Source: Octopus vulgaris
Taxonomy: Eukaryota
NCBI GenBank assembly: GCA_951406725.2
Contig: OX597826.1
Coordinates: 60,160,001 to 60,222,000 of the forward strand
Direction: 5' to 3'
DNA length: 62,000 nt
Part shown: positions 13,500 through 27,316 of the stretch, piece by piece
How positions within the stretch are numbered: position 1 is the first letter of the stretch
How the letters are laid out: each line of letters starts with the position of its first letter
The notes under the pieces: generated by a model
Databases searched by the model: none
The model's input: the letters and a program-made list of their open reading frames with translations, nothing else
What the model was told of the DNA's origin: nothing
Position numbers and translations under genes: made by a program

Positions 13500-14714
13500 G
13501 GATGTGTATGTGTGTGTGTTCTCCAACGTTCACTAGTGAACGATTGAGGAAATTGGGTCGCTCCCTCACATCCCTATCCATATTATAATTCCCTAGTATA
13601 TGGGGGAAACGAAAAATGAACGTCCTAATCATAGACATCACAAACGTGGTGAAATCGTGCCTCGATGTTGTTTTCGATATGTGTTGTGCACTGATAGTCT
13701 CTTCCAAACTGAAATCAGATGGAATTTCTTATGGAAGTGCAATTCCTATAAATCACTAGAAATGAAACAAGTCTTGTACACCGAAGCTGGTGCGGGGCGA
13801 AAGGCCTTGGGTATGGTAAGGAAGTACTGAATCGCAGCTACCCTGATGTATGTATAACAGTGAGGGTACAAATTTATGTGCAAGCTGCGCAGAAAATAAC
13901 CCAGTTAAGATGTATTTATATGAATATTAGAATCATTAAGTAACAGAACTTTGACAAGTATCTCATTTCCCATTGGCATTACAGATAAAGGTATGTAAAT
14001 AATTGTAAAAAGAGGATACAATTATATACACGGCATACACAGACGTCTCTCTCTTTCTATCTCTCTCTCTCTGTATATATATATATATATATATATATAG
14101 ATGAGAAAGTTGGTTTGTGAAAGCACGTGGTTGAATATATAGAATATATAGAATATATAGAAAATAGTAAAAAGTGAAAAAACTACAGAAGGTCATTTCT
14201 TCTAAACTATGTCATTATAAGAAAGGAAAAAAAAAATTATAACATTCTTCAGACATATTGACTCAAATATATATTTTTTAACCTTTTAAAACAAGCCTTC
14301 TGTAGTTTTTTCACTTTTTACTATTTTCTATAAATATATATATATACACATATTTGCGTATGTATTGGGAGACGGGGATCCCTGTGTATGCATATATTTT
14401 CCAACTACCTGTCTTGTTTTTCACAATGTGTTGTTCTTATTCCCTCACAGTTCATCGCTTGTGTATGTTTCCGTTACCGTCCTTTACGGGCTTTGCTAAT
14501 GTTCGTACACTTGTCCCAGAAGGATTGGCTGTAGGTATTACTAGAACGAATAATACTATCGATAAACACGAGAAATCATGAAGAATTTTGGGTGATAATT
14601 GATGGTGCCTCATGTGAAAGGTTTCAGAGTATTCCTTTATTTGATCTTCTGTACATTGTTTCTTTTTTTACTATTACTGTATATATAAATATTTAAATAT
14701 ATTTCAAATTCTAA

Positions 14715-14900
14715 CAACATGTGAATTGTTGACTAAGTTTTTCCCTACTTCTTCATTTTCTATTCGACTTTCCTCTCTCTCTCCTCTTTCTGAAGAAGAG
14801 CATTGCTCGAAAGGAAAAACCACCTTTCTTTCCTTCCCTGATCGTCTGCTAATATTTTACATGTACCACGTACTCATGTCGTTGTTTTTTTTGTGTTTGT
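14715..14900 (+). mobile_element. Family G2 element, degenerate hammerhead motif
   Basis: ctgaaga-a-gagc-att-gctc-gaaag at 14790-14813, then accacctttctttccttccctgatcgtc as in the 31322 copy. Confidence 0.6.
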
Positions 14901-15272
14901 TCTTGTTTTTTTTTTCTTGAGGGTGGGATTTACTATATGTGTGTGTGTCTGTGTGTGGATCATATTGCTTTACAATTTTTACAAATCTTTATATTTATTT
15001 CAGATACACTTTCATATAAGTACGGTAAGCCGAGTTCACAGCACTTTTTATTCTTTGTATGAATGAAGGGTCCCTGTTGGCAATGAAAATGAATGAATTG
15101 TCATCATCGTCAACATTGTTTCATTTTTGTTTTCGTGGTTCTTGTCGTTCTTTTTCGTCTTCTTCGTTTTCTTCTTTTCGTCTTCCTCCACGTCCTCCAC
15201 GCCCCCCTTCATTTTCTCATTATCATTATTCTTATTACTTCTACTACTACTCACATTTCAATTGTTGACAGA

Positions 15273-15341
<69 letters not shown>

Positions 15342-15360
15342 ATATATATATATATATGTA

Positions 15361-15406
<46 letters not shown>

Positions 15407-15899
15407 GTATGTGTGTGTACATATATAAATGTATATATGAATGCGTTAGAAGCAGAGTCTAACATAGTTATTGTTACTCATTTCTTCATTATAAACAAAT
15501 ATTTTGAAAGTTTATATGAAGTGGGAATGGTGTGGGAATGCGATATGAGTGGCTGATAGAGTATTTTCCGAAACCTTAGAACTAATCGAAAATTCTTCAG
15601 CAATTAAATTGGCTGGAACATATCGTTAGACCTTGTAGCGTTTAGTTCTATGTTCATGGAATTATTTGTGGTGATGTTCATGATGATAGTGGTGACGGTG
15701 GTGGAAGGTGTCGGTGGATCTTGGTGCGAGTTTCTATGCGCCATTCATAGCATTTATAAACAAATATGTGGTGCGTTAATATATGTATATATATATTTGC
15801 TATGTATATATATATATCTCTATATATATAGATATATATACTATGTATATAACTATATATATACATATATATGTATATATATTTATATATGTATATATG

Positions 15900-15939
<40 letters not shown>

Positions 15940-16024
15940 CTCACTCCAGATATATAACGGGATTCTATATATTTAATATACGCATAGCTAACTGCGCGCG
16001 CTAGGGGTTTGAGTATGTACAATC

Positions 16025-16065
<41 letters not shown>

Positions 16066-16186
16066 CATGTATGTATGCATGTATGCGCGTGTGTCTGTGT
16101 GTGTGTTTACATTTATCTATATCTATATCAATATATATATATTAATATATATATACATATATATATATATATTTATGAATATATAC

Positions 16187-16236
<50 letters not shown>

Positions 16237-16319
16237 GCATATCTACACCTATCCGTCTCTCTGTATATCTATTTAGCTATCTAGATATTAATCAATCTAT
16301 CTATATACGTATATGTTTG

Positions 16320-16364
<45 letters not shown>

Positions 16365-17534
16365 GCGTGTATAAACGTATGTATGTACGTATGTATGTAC
16401 ATATCTATTTATTTATATATCTATGTATTTACACAATTAGAGTGAAGTAGTCTCACAATGAATTCAATATGTCCAAACGAAAATGTCACAAGATTTATTT
16501 AATAATATCTTCTTGCTTCTAGTCAATCCAAAATGTTGCGTTGTTTCCCTTTTTGCGTTGTTGACATTTAAAAACCGATGTTGGCGTAGTTGTTGCTGTT
16601 TTTCTGGCTGATCTTTTTGTTATTTATCTTCTATATTTTTCTCATTTTTTTTTCTTACTTATGATTCTTCTGATTCTTCTTCTTCTCCAGCTTTACTTTT
16701 CGACATCGTCAGAACCATCATCATCATAGTAGTGATCTTCGTCATCGTCATCGTCTATGTCTTCGTATATCTCCTCCACCTCCTCCTCCTCCTTCTCATC
16801 CTCCTCCTTCTCATCCTCCTCCTTCTCATCCTCCTCCTTCTCATCCTCCTCCTTCTCTCCTCCTCATCATCATCATCATCATGACCATGTCGTAGTCGCC
16901 GTGGTCATTATTATCATTATCATCATCATCGTCGTCGTCGTCATCATAATCGTCTTCGTCGGCGCCATGTTCCACACTTTTTTCTTCTACTCGTTATAAT
17001 TATAATAACAATCATCATCATCATCGTCATCAACATCATCATCAATTATTATTGTTGTTGTTATGATTATAATCATCATCATCATCGTCGTCGTCTTCGT
17101 CGTTCTTCTCGTCGTCGTCATTGTTGATGTTATTGTTTGTAGTGGTTGAAGCAGCAGTATTTGTAGTAGCAACAGCAACAGAAGCTGCGGTGTTATTTGC
17201 AATCATCTTCCTTTACACCCACCATCTTTTCCCTTGTTGTTCCTTTTGAGGCTATTTTCCGGTTGCATTGTCTGCTTAAAAAAATTATATTTCCCTTTGT
17301 CATTTTATAAAAATGATTACATAATTTGTTTACGTTACAATGAGTAGGGTTTTTTTTTTAAATATAAAAAGAAAAACGGAATTTTATTGTCAAAGAAAGA
17401 AATAACAAAAACAAAAACAAGCCTACATCATTCAGCTTATCACTGAGATGCTGAGTTACCAAGTGATGAAGTAGCTAGATCTCCTAAAGGGAACAGCCAA
17501 TTATGTACTTGCGTTTACGTTTCTAGATACGTGC

Positions 17535-17568
<34 letters not shown>

Positions 17569-17573
17569 TTGTG

Positions 17574-17776
17574 TTTTAGAGAAAAACCTCTATTAAACAA
17601 TTCAATAACAAAAGAGGTTATTCATACCATATAGAAAACGTATACTATAAAAGCGTTATTAGAAAAATAAATGAAGTACAAGAAAAAAAATAGTAAATAG
17701 TAGTAAAAAGACTACGTGCGTTTCGTGGCTATATATTTCCAATAGATAATACTAATAAAATGAATTCGATGTGCGT

Positions 17777-17821
<45 letters not shown>

Positions 17822-18280
17822 AGAGGAAAACCTCTATTAAACGATTCAATAACGAAAGAGGTTATTCATACCATATAGAAAACGTATACTATAAAAGCCT
17901 TATTAGAAAAATCAATGAAGTACAAGAAAAAAAATAGTAAATAGTAGTAAAAAGACTACGAGCGTTTCGTGGCTATATTTTCAAATAGATAATAATAATA
18001 ATAAAATGAATTCGATTTAAAATTAAATCGATCTAGAATTAATTCTTTTTAAAAATATAGTTACTCATCAGTTCTAAAATAATAATAATAAAAGAATAAT
18101 AATAGCATAAATGTACTTATCTTATAGCCACGAAACACGCATAGTCTTTTTACTACTATTTACTAATAATTGTTTTTGTACTTTATTGATTTTTATAATA
18201 AGGTTTTGTATAGTATATGTTTTCTATATGGTGAGAATAACATATATCGTTACTGAATTGTTTAATAGAGATTTTTCTCT
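17574..18280. mobile_element. Foldback/MITE-like structure: ~200-bp arm in two direct copies (17574-17770, 17818-18016) plus an inverted copy (~18122-18280)
   Basis: agagaaaaacctctattaaacaattc...gactacgtgcgtttcgtggctata is repeated; tatagccacgaaacacgcatagtc...gtttaatagagatttttctct is its reverse complement. Confidence 0.75.
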
Positions 18281-18603
18281 TAATCATAGGGCACATTATC
18301 GATGGTATATACATAGTGAATATTAGTGAATATTGTATTTATAAGCCAAACCTGGAGCAGTATACGTATAGGGAAATCTCCAAACAAGACGCCATGTGAT
18401 CAACAGCACCAAATGTCACAGACAGAGCGAGATAACTCGCTTCGTGTATTGAAATTGGTAGATATTTGATATTTCGCCGTTATAGTCGATTATAAATACG
18501 ATGTACTCGGATGCACTAGAAACTAAGTGAATCGCCAGCCTATAGCTTATATGCAAATAGAGTGATATATATTCATATGTGTGTGAATATATATATATAT
18601 GCT

Positions 18604-18904
18604 GAGACCCCTCTTCGGTCCTGACTGACTATGGGATTGCACCTAGAAAGTTACTCTTCCAAGCAAAAGCCCAGGCAATGATGTTTATGGAAGACCAGCA
18701 TACCAGCCTCCCGTCTCCACACCACCAGTTTTAACCAACTTGGCACATGTGACGTCGCAGCTAATTTCTACAGCTGAGTGAACTGGAGCAACGTGAAATA
18801 AAGTGTCTTGCTCAAGAACGCCACACGCAGCCCGGTCTGGGATTCGAACTCACAACCTCACGATCGTAAGTTCCACGCTCTAACCACTGAGCCATGCGCC
18901 TTCC
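18604..18904 (-). mobile_element. SINE family C, near full length
   Basis: Minus strand ggcgcatggctcagtggttagagcg...gagttcgaatccc (A/B boxes), CORE-like cttgagcaagacac, 3' ctaggtgcaatcccat...gaccgaagaggggtctc. Confidence 0.85.
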
Positions 18905-19197
18905 CTATATATATATATTAACAATGCAAATGATATATTAACAATGCAAATGAATTTAATTTCCTAATTTTTTGTTTTGAGACTTGGAAATAGCAGCGAA
19001 ATGTTCCCGCGCATCACACTCTATACTCCAAAAGAAATTTAGACAGATAATAAAACACTACAATACAATTTATCTATCATCTCCTGCTACAGATGCATAA
19101 GTCTTCGCACAAATACGTAATACCTTTTCAAAAACTGACAACTGACACTTTTGAAATAAGATAATAACGCCTGTAATATTGTTTTTGAATTTTGGCA

Positions 19198-19460
19198 CAT
19201 GGCCAGCACTTTCGGAGGAGGGGTTTAATTTAATTTCATCGACCCCTCCAGTACACAGCTGGTACTTATTTTATCGACTCCGAAAGGATTAATGTCAATG
19301 TCAATTCTCTCAGCTCACTGCCTCATGTCACAGATGTCAAGAATGAAAGGCAATGTCGACATCAGAGGTATTTTAACTCAGAACGTAAAGACGGATGAAA
19401 TGCAGCTAATTCTTTTTTTTTTTCCGGCGAGCTAACGACTCTGTCAGTTCACCGCCTGAA
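19198..19460 (-). mobile_element. SINE family A-related (A2 tail), degenerate, with a ~55-bp internal insertion
   Basis: ctggtacttattttatcgactccgaaagga[insert]tgaaaggcaatgtcgac...ctcagaacgtaaagacg...gctaacgactctgtcagttcaccgcc. Confidence 0.7.
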
Positions 19461-19848
19461 ATGAAAGCGACCTGCAAGCCGCTATCGAGTATCGAACCCC
19501 GTAACGGTTGTAATTGTATCGGCCATACATGTCAGCTTCAGAAACACTTTTCTTATCTAACTTATCATTCTCTTACCGTGGTAAACCATTAATACACACA
19601 CTTTCTTTCTCCATTTGTCTCTCTTTCTCTATTTCTCTCTCTCTCTCTCTGTCATCCCTCCCTAATTCACCCACGCACCTTCTCCTTGTTTCTCTTTCTG
19701 TCTCTTATTCTAATATTGCAAGATATCTGTTTGCCTTTTTCTTTCTCTTTCACCTTCTACTACTATCTAATTTCTGTCTTCTTTAATCTAGGCAATTGCA
19801 TACCATCAGGCACCAACATAGATGATAGTTAAGTATCTTGCTCTGTAA

Positions 19849-20080
19849 GGCGGCGAGCTGGCAGAAACGTTAGCACGCCGGGCGAAATGCTTAGCGGTAT
19901 TTCGTATGCCGCTAGGTTCTGAGTTCAAATTCCGCCGAGTTCAACTTTGCCTTTCATCCTTTCGGGGTCGATAAATTAAGTAACAGTTACGCACTGGGGT
20001 CGATATAATCGACTTAATCCGTGTGTTTGTTCTTGTTTGTCCTCTCTGTGTTTAGCCCCTTGTGGGTAGTAAAGAAATGG
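19849..20080 (+). mobile_element. SINE family A, full length, with a 21-bp target-site duplication (1 mismatch)
   Basis: tRNA-like head ggcggcgagctggcagaa...gagttcaaattccgcc; flanks gttaagtatcttgctct(g/a)taa at 19828-19848 and 20081-20101. Confidence 0.92.
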
Positions 20081-20560
20081 GTTAAGTATCTTGCTCTATA
20101 ACCATGCGATTTTGGGTTCAATCGCGCTCGTACGAAACCTTGAGCAACAATATTCTACAACACCAAGACGACCTAGGCCCCCGGAGCAAATTTAATAGAT
20201 GAAAACCCTATAGAATACCGTCATCTACACGCACACACGCACACTCACTACCATAAAAATGTGTGTTTATGTGTGTTTGTGTGTGTGTTTGCGTTCGTGT
20301 GCGTTCGTGTGTGAGTGTGTGTGTTTGTATGTGTGTGTACGTGTGTGCCTGTAAGTGAGACCGTGTTTGCTCGCCCACAGCTTAACAACCGGTTTTGATT
20401 TGTTTGCGTTCTCGCAGTTTAGACGTTCGGCAAGAGAAAGCGAAAAACTTCAGCATTACTAAAGTACTAGGTTTGATTTGTCCACCCCACAAACATTGAA
20501 GGGTATATCCCAGAATAACCGCATCCATTGACGGAAAATAGTGAAAGATAAAATATAAAT
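20081..20560 (+). mobile_element. Old family B SINE interrupted in its head by the family A insertion (head starts ~19810)
   Basis: aaccatgcgattttgggttcaatc...ccttgagcaac...; 3' cttaacaaccggttttgatttgtttgcg...gttcggcaagag. Confidence 0.6.
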
Positions 20561-21152
20561 TGTTATGTTACTATTAAACAAACTTTGCAGCAATTCGTTA
20601 AATAATGACGTACTGACCATAAAATTAAACGATGTCCGTTGATATCACAGTTCCTGATAAGCTCAAATTGTCCCTAAATGTTACTACATATCATTATTGT
20701 TAAATCTAAGCTTGCTTGCTTAGGTTTGACAATTTTTACATTATTGTTTACATAAAATTTTGGGAAGATCTGCAATTTTAAAAATATATAAAGAGTATGA
20801 TTAAATACCGATTTTTCATACCTCGTATGAGTAATTATTAACAGATAACTAAATGTCAACATTTTAAAATTTAAGAAGCATTTATTAGCATACTTAGAAA
20901 TGCGTAAGTGATGCGAAGAATATAATGCTAACTAATATTAAATAGTTTTATTTTATTTCTGATGACAGAATTCAAAATATGTGTGGTGATGAAATATGGC
21001 CGTAATACTGTTTTAGTAAACGTAGTCGAAAATATTCCATGGTACATTCGAATATATCGATTTCACTATTTATTCTATTTTCCTTCCGAACGATGAATGT
21101 CAAAATGAACCCGGTTGAGATTTCAAATGAGAAGGCTGTTTAACCAATATTT

Positions 21153-21382
21153 ATTTCTTTATTGCCCACAGGGGGCTAAACATAGACGGGACAAAGAAGG
21201 ACAGACAAACGGATTAAGTCGATTTTATCGACCCCAGTGCGTAACTGGTACTTAATTTATCGACCCCGAAAGGATGAAAGGCAAAGTCGACCTCGGCGGA
21301 ATTTGAACTCAGAACGTAACGACAAACGAAATACGGCTACGCATTTCGCCCGGGGTGCTAACGTTTCTGCCAGCTCGCCGCC
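21153..21382 (-). mobile_element. SINE family A, full length
   Basis: Reverse complement aligns end to end with 19849-20078 (roughly 90% by eye). Confidence 0.92.
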
Positions 21383-21519
21383 GACCGGCGATGGATCTAA
21401 TCTGTCAGCCATTCGCTATTTCTAATGTTTTGCCCTGCGTTGAGCAATTACTGAAGTATTTCTGTACTCCGACATTATTGGTCAGATATAATTTCAAAAT
21501 AGCTCTTTTTAAATATGTA

Positions 21520-21730
21520 CTGTTTTTACTTTTACTTGTTTCATTCTTTGCACTACGACCATGCGACCATGACATGTGAGTGGATTTAGTCTAACGAATA
21601 GATGTAAATAGTTATTTGTTTAAAAGTCTCGTATTTATTCAACTGGCCACCTTTGACGAACCGCTAATTTATGGGAACATAAACTAACACCGGTTGTCAA
21701 GCTGTGGTAGGAGATAACCAGAAACACAAA
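21520..21730 (-). mobile_element. SINE family B, degenerate 3' fragment
   Basis: tttacttttacttgtttcatt...gacgaaccgctaatttatgggaacataaactaacaccggttgtcaagc. Confidence 0.6.
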
Positions 21731-21984
21731 TTTATATGTACACACACACGCACGCACGCACACATGTATATAAATACATGTATGTACGTATGCATATATG
21801 TGTGTGCGTATGCATGTATGTATGACTGTATGTACGAATTAGCAATGCCGAAGGCACTAAGACACAGCTAGAGAACTGGCTGAGGGCAGGTGATAAAAGC
21901 CAGCTGACTGGAATGTTGTAGGTTCGATGCTTCGAGTATGAAATCTTACTCAGATTATAATATTAGCCATGTTTACTTTGCAGC

Positions 21985-22620
21985 CTTGCCATGACTCGGG
22001 CAGTGGAGAGGCTTTGCAGTAATTTCATGCGAATGTACCCGAGTCCTCCCCCCGAATATCAGCTCCGTCAATCTGTACTGCAAAGCTTTCAAGCGTCACT
22101 TAACAATTTCATCAATTGGGAAGGAATTCAAAGCCACAAAAGCAAGAACACTAAACGCATTGCTTCTCTTTGAAGAGGAGAAAGTCACACACACCCAAAG
22201 GACCGTAAAATGTTGCAGACCATAGAAACCAAAGAAGTGGTGGAGGAAGCGGATATATATTGAGAAAACCAGGATGTTGCTGACGTAGTCTGTCAAGAAC
22301 TGGCTTTCAAATTCCAACGCGAAACTGTTGGAAAAACACAAAGACCAGAACCAAGAGAGAAATCAAAGTGCAGGGGACCTGTGATTCAACAGAAGATGAT
22401 CACCCTGTGAAGGCAGCAGGGCTTGCCTACCAGGGATAATGGATACAGTGGAACTTGAGTGACATCCGCACCGGAGGGAACCCTTGCTGACTGACCAAGG
22501 CAGATTGTCCTTCCTCCCTGCTATCGCTGGCCCCTTGCCAACTCCAAATAACTGTAAACAAGGCCCCTCTTCCAAACAGTGTGGAGCAGTTCATTGCAGT
22601 TTCAATCAAATTTTGACATG
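21985..22620 (+). mobile_element. Possible decayed LINE 3' region (CR1/L2-like)
   Basis: Translation ...SVLQSFQASLNNFINW loosely resembles the FKxxLDxF C-terminal motif; higher GC than flanks; weak. Confidence 0.3.
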
Positions 22621-23392
22621 GTAATTTCTTTATATTTATTTACGTAGAATAGAAATAAAATGCGCGCAAATAAATTATTTGAAAGTTGCCATCCACATGT
22701 AAAATAAAAGTTAAGTTACTGCATGAAGCAATAAAAAAAGAACCTTATTAGATATAAACATATACTAATGAGAAATATAACAAAGGTTAACCACTTGCTT
22801 TCAGAAATAATGTATTTAGGATTTCATTATTTCGGTAGGATGTAATTGGTGTTAATTTGATTTCTCTCTCTATCTTGAGGTGTCATTGCATGAAGACTCG
22901 TTTCTTTTTCTTATTAGACTGAATTATATTGATTTAGGATAAAAGTCACCATTCTATATTTAACTGAATTTACAGCCTCAATATCGCTGCTACATCTATC
23001 GAAATGTAAAGGATGAAACATTGTTAAATATATGTTATGAAAGCTTCCTTACGCTAAATATTCGCGTCTATGTTAAGAGCAATGGGACACATTTTGTCTT
23101 TTATCTACAAGGCATAATCGATTCTATTGGCCTCAGTATATTATATCAACTCCATAGACAATAGAATGACTAGAATTCTGAATATAAAAAGATATAACTG
23201 AATGTTACGTTCACTTGTGTCCGACATTCTAAAGACTCAGCCAATTCATATTAGACAAAAATGTAATAAATTATAAAATAGGAATAAAATTAGCTCAAAT
23301 AACGATTGCTAATTTGATACAAGAGTTCAAATTATTGTGCTGGAATGGGGAAGTATAATCAACTGCATTGAAATGAGAATGTGCCTCATATG

Positions 23393-23441
<49 letters not shown>

Positions 23442-23506
23442 CAGATAATTTGCCTTGCTTATTTTTACATTTTGGGTTTTTATGATATATATCTTGAGAA
23501 TACATT

Positions 23507-23547
<41 letters not shown>

Positions 23548-23560
23548 TAGTCCTTAAATT

Positions 23561-23699
<139 letters not shown>

Positions 23700-24515
23700 C
23701 ACACACACATATAAAATATATATTGCATCAATCATAAAGTTATTTTGAATCAGGGTATAATTTAATCGAAGAATATGGGGCAGGCCCCATATGGGCGAAT
23801 AATACGAATTATGTGTTACTGCCATAGCAAAGAATGCACACTCATGATACAAATACTTACATCGGTTTGGACCCTGCCAAATATAACAAAGAAGGGTGTG
23901 ATGAGGCTAAAACTGACAACGGATATAATATACCAGGCTGGAAGCAAAGTCGAAGTAGACTGTATTTGAACAAATATCATAGAAGACTTTTAATTGAAAA
24001 TTGAATGTGATTTAGTCCAATGCTTTCTGGATATTTCGCCAAATAAGCATTTTATAATATTGATGATATCGTTTCAAATATTTGTCTTCCTTGACAGTTC
24101 TTTGAGTGCCAGTTCTGTGAAATAAATATTCCACATTCCAGTTGCCAAATTCTTGAGCACCAGAAGCAGCTGCAGAATCAACGAATCAGCTGCGTAGGCA
24201 ATAACGTTCTGTGCGATGAAATCATAGAACACTAAATACAGAATATAACCTTTGGCAAAAGATATCATAAACTTAATTTCATATTTCCCTCTTGTGTCTA
24301 AATTTTTCTAGGTAAACAGGCATGCGATATGAAAAATTGATATTAAATTAGTATGTAGTATTTTAAACATATACAAATTTTCTTATACAGAATGAAAGGA
24401 TGATGTGAACGTTGGAGTAAAAGAATAAAATATGTACGGGCTTATTTGATATTTTTTCTTAAATCATTTATCATAATGCATACACATCTATCTATCTATC
24501 TATCTATCCATCCGT

Positions 24516-24604
<89 letters not shown>

Positions 24605-24768
24605 CACAGACACATATGTATCAATACGTATTTTGTATATACATATACTCATATATAAACATATATGTATCAAAACATATACAGATATCGACACGATGCA
24701 GTGACACATTTAAATACATACATACAGGTTTACAACTAAATATACACCCAGAACCATATCTGTATCTA

Positions 24769-24848
<80 letters not shown>

Positions 24849-24909
24849 TACAAGTACACACATACATGCACGCACTCACACAGTCACACACTCATACACG
24901 CACACACAA

Positions 24910-24948
<39 letters not shown>

Positions 24949-25740
24949 AATAAATTTAGGATATCTGTACACTACGAAGTAGATTTCTCGAAGAAGTCTC
25001 CAAAACGTTTTGTGGCATAAACCTGGTGAAAAAAAAATGTTTTCAGTTATAATATATATATACATTCTTTTATTCTTTTATGCGTTCTAGCACTAACGCT
25101 GTGACCATGCTGGGGTACTGCTAGTGTTATCACCTTTTCAATGGCCGTTCGACGCAAAATGGCTTTTGATGAAAGAGCGAGTTCGACATGGTTGCTCTCT
25201 CTTGATTTTCTTGCCGTGATATAGCTTCATGTTGGATCTTGGACAGCAAGGTGTCAACTTGTTTCATGTGGTCATTTCTTATATAAAATAACAGAAAGGA
25301 GAAGAAAAATCTCTGAAACAGGCTGAAATGACTATCATAAAAGAAATTGTACAAAATTAGAAATCTCACATCTCAATTCTTTATTAGAAATTTTTTTCGT
25401 TTATGTCGGTAGATACGAAATTCTTGTTAGTTACAGGGACTAAAGTGATCTCAATAATACACATACGCATCCACATTCTCGGTATGCGTTGTGCACTTTC
25501 TTTTCGCTGTATATATATCTCAACAGTTTCCTTGTACAAATAAATATGCACGCAAAGATATGTTGAGTTAATCATCACTATAATGTTAATTGTTATGTAT
25601 TATTTCTGTTATTCACGGGTTTTGTTGGAGCTCCTGGAGTTTGCATATTTAGCGGGCTTAATACCTGCAATCTACGGTACCATACTAACCATTATGCTAA
25701 GAAGGTAAACATTTTATATATATACTTATATACGTCTTGA

Positions 25741-26304
25741 TGCCTTCTGATGCTGTTCCCAAAGACCCAACAATGACTGGTATTATCTTCACCTTCTTCA
25801 ATCTCCATAGCCGGGCTATTTCGTACTTAAAAGGGTTGTATTTATCTTTTCGCCTTCTTTCTTGACTATTCGTGGGTCAATAAGGGGTGCAACATCAACT
25901 ATATAGCATATGTGACGTATCTTGTCGACCATCACTAGATCCGGTTGCTTATGCTCTAGCACCTGATCTGTTTGGACTGCGAATTCCCAGAGGATGTTGC
26001 TAGTCTCTGACTTCGTCACACACTGCGCTTTCTACTCATGCTACGCCTTGCCTCTCTCTAGTCCCCAGTTTCCCCACAGTTTCCAATGTAGCACCTTCCC
26101 TACCTGATCATGTCTCCACAACTTGTAGAGGTTTGGAGCAAGTCTAGAACATTCGTTCGTAATATGGTCAATGTTTTCATCCACTATATTTCACGTGTGG
26201 CACAACGGAGAAACTTGCTCTTTCTTAAGTTTGACCCTGCAATTCATGACCAAAGTTTGGCCTTGCGCTGCCAGTATAGTACTCCCGGTATCTTTATTTT
26301 AGTG
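25741..26304 (-). pseudogene. R4/Dong-type non-LTR retrotransposon remnant: CCHC zinc knuckle plus restriction-like endonuclease, with stops and frameshifts
   Basis: Manual translation KDTGSTILAAQGQTL...CHT*...HITNEC...RHDQVGKVLHWKL...ILWEFAVQTDQVLEHKQPDLVMVDK...EK/YNPFKYEIARLWRLKKVKIIPVIVGSLG. Confidence 0.85.
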
Positions 26305-26362
26305 TTCCTATTATTACTATTATTATTATTATTGTTATTATTATTATTATTGTTGTTATTAA

Positions 26363-26416
<54 letters not shown>

Positions 26417-26465
26417 GATTACGACTATTATTATTATTATTATTAGTAGTAGTCAGTATTAGAAC

Positions 26466-26538
<73 letters not shown>
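26305..26538. repeat. (TTA)n/(TAG)n microsatellite between the two R4/Dong fragments
   Basis: Direct reading. Confidence 0.95.
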
Positions 26539-26899
26539 GCTTTCAGTAGTTTTATTTTTATACTTCACTACCGAGCGCAGCTCTGTGTGCCTTGGGTATG
26601 TGCTGTGATTTGTTGTGATGCTCTGATGGTTATTGTATGGAAAGTGTTCTGTGTGCAGTGCCTAGTAGTGCAATTTTCTGTATGTTATATGTGTTTGTAA
26701 GTCCTGGTGTTTTTGTTATGTATTTGTCTGAATATTTTTTTATCATGCCTAATGCACCTACTATGATAGGAATTGTTTCTGTTTTCAGATTCCACATTCT
26801 AGTTACCTCTATTTCCAGGTCTTTGTATTTTGAGAGTTTCTCCATTTCTTTTAGAGACACGTTGTCATCTGCCGGTATTGATACATCAATTAGAAAGCA

Positions 26900-26906
<7 letters not shown>
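26539..26906 (-). pseudogene. 5'-truncated R4/Dong-type retrotransposon 3' end: RLE C-terminus, stop and ~90-nt 3' UTR ending in (AAT)n
   Basis: KKCFLIDVSIPADDNVSLKEMEKLSKYKDLEIEVTRMWNLKTETIPIIVGALGMIKK...IQKIALLGTAH in ORF 26630..27298. Confidence 0.9.
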
Positions 26907-26978
<72 letters not shown>

Positions 26979-27061
26979 TGTAGTAGTAGTAGTAGTAGTA
27001 GTAGTAGTATTACGACTATTATTATTATTATTAGTAGTAGTAATAGTCGTAGTATTAGAAC

Positions 27062-27104
<43 letters not shown>

Positions 27105-27216
27105 AATAATAATAACATCATTATTGTTATTATTATTATTACTACTATTATTATTATTATTATTATTATTAATAATAATAATAATAATAATAATATCATT
27201 ATTATTGTTATTGTTA

Positions 27217-27250
<34 letters not shown>

Positions 27251-27316
27251 CATTATTATTATTTTTATTATTATTATTATTACAATTATAATTATCATTA
27301 TAATTATTATTATTAA

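Noticed and set aside
18841-18904. tRNA-like sequences here and at 19849, 34755, 49485
   Set aside because: They continue into SINE bodies and lack full cloverleafs; SINE heads, not tRNA genes
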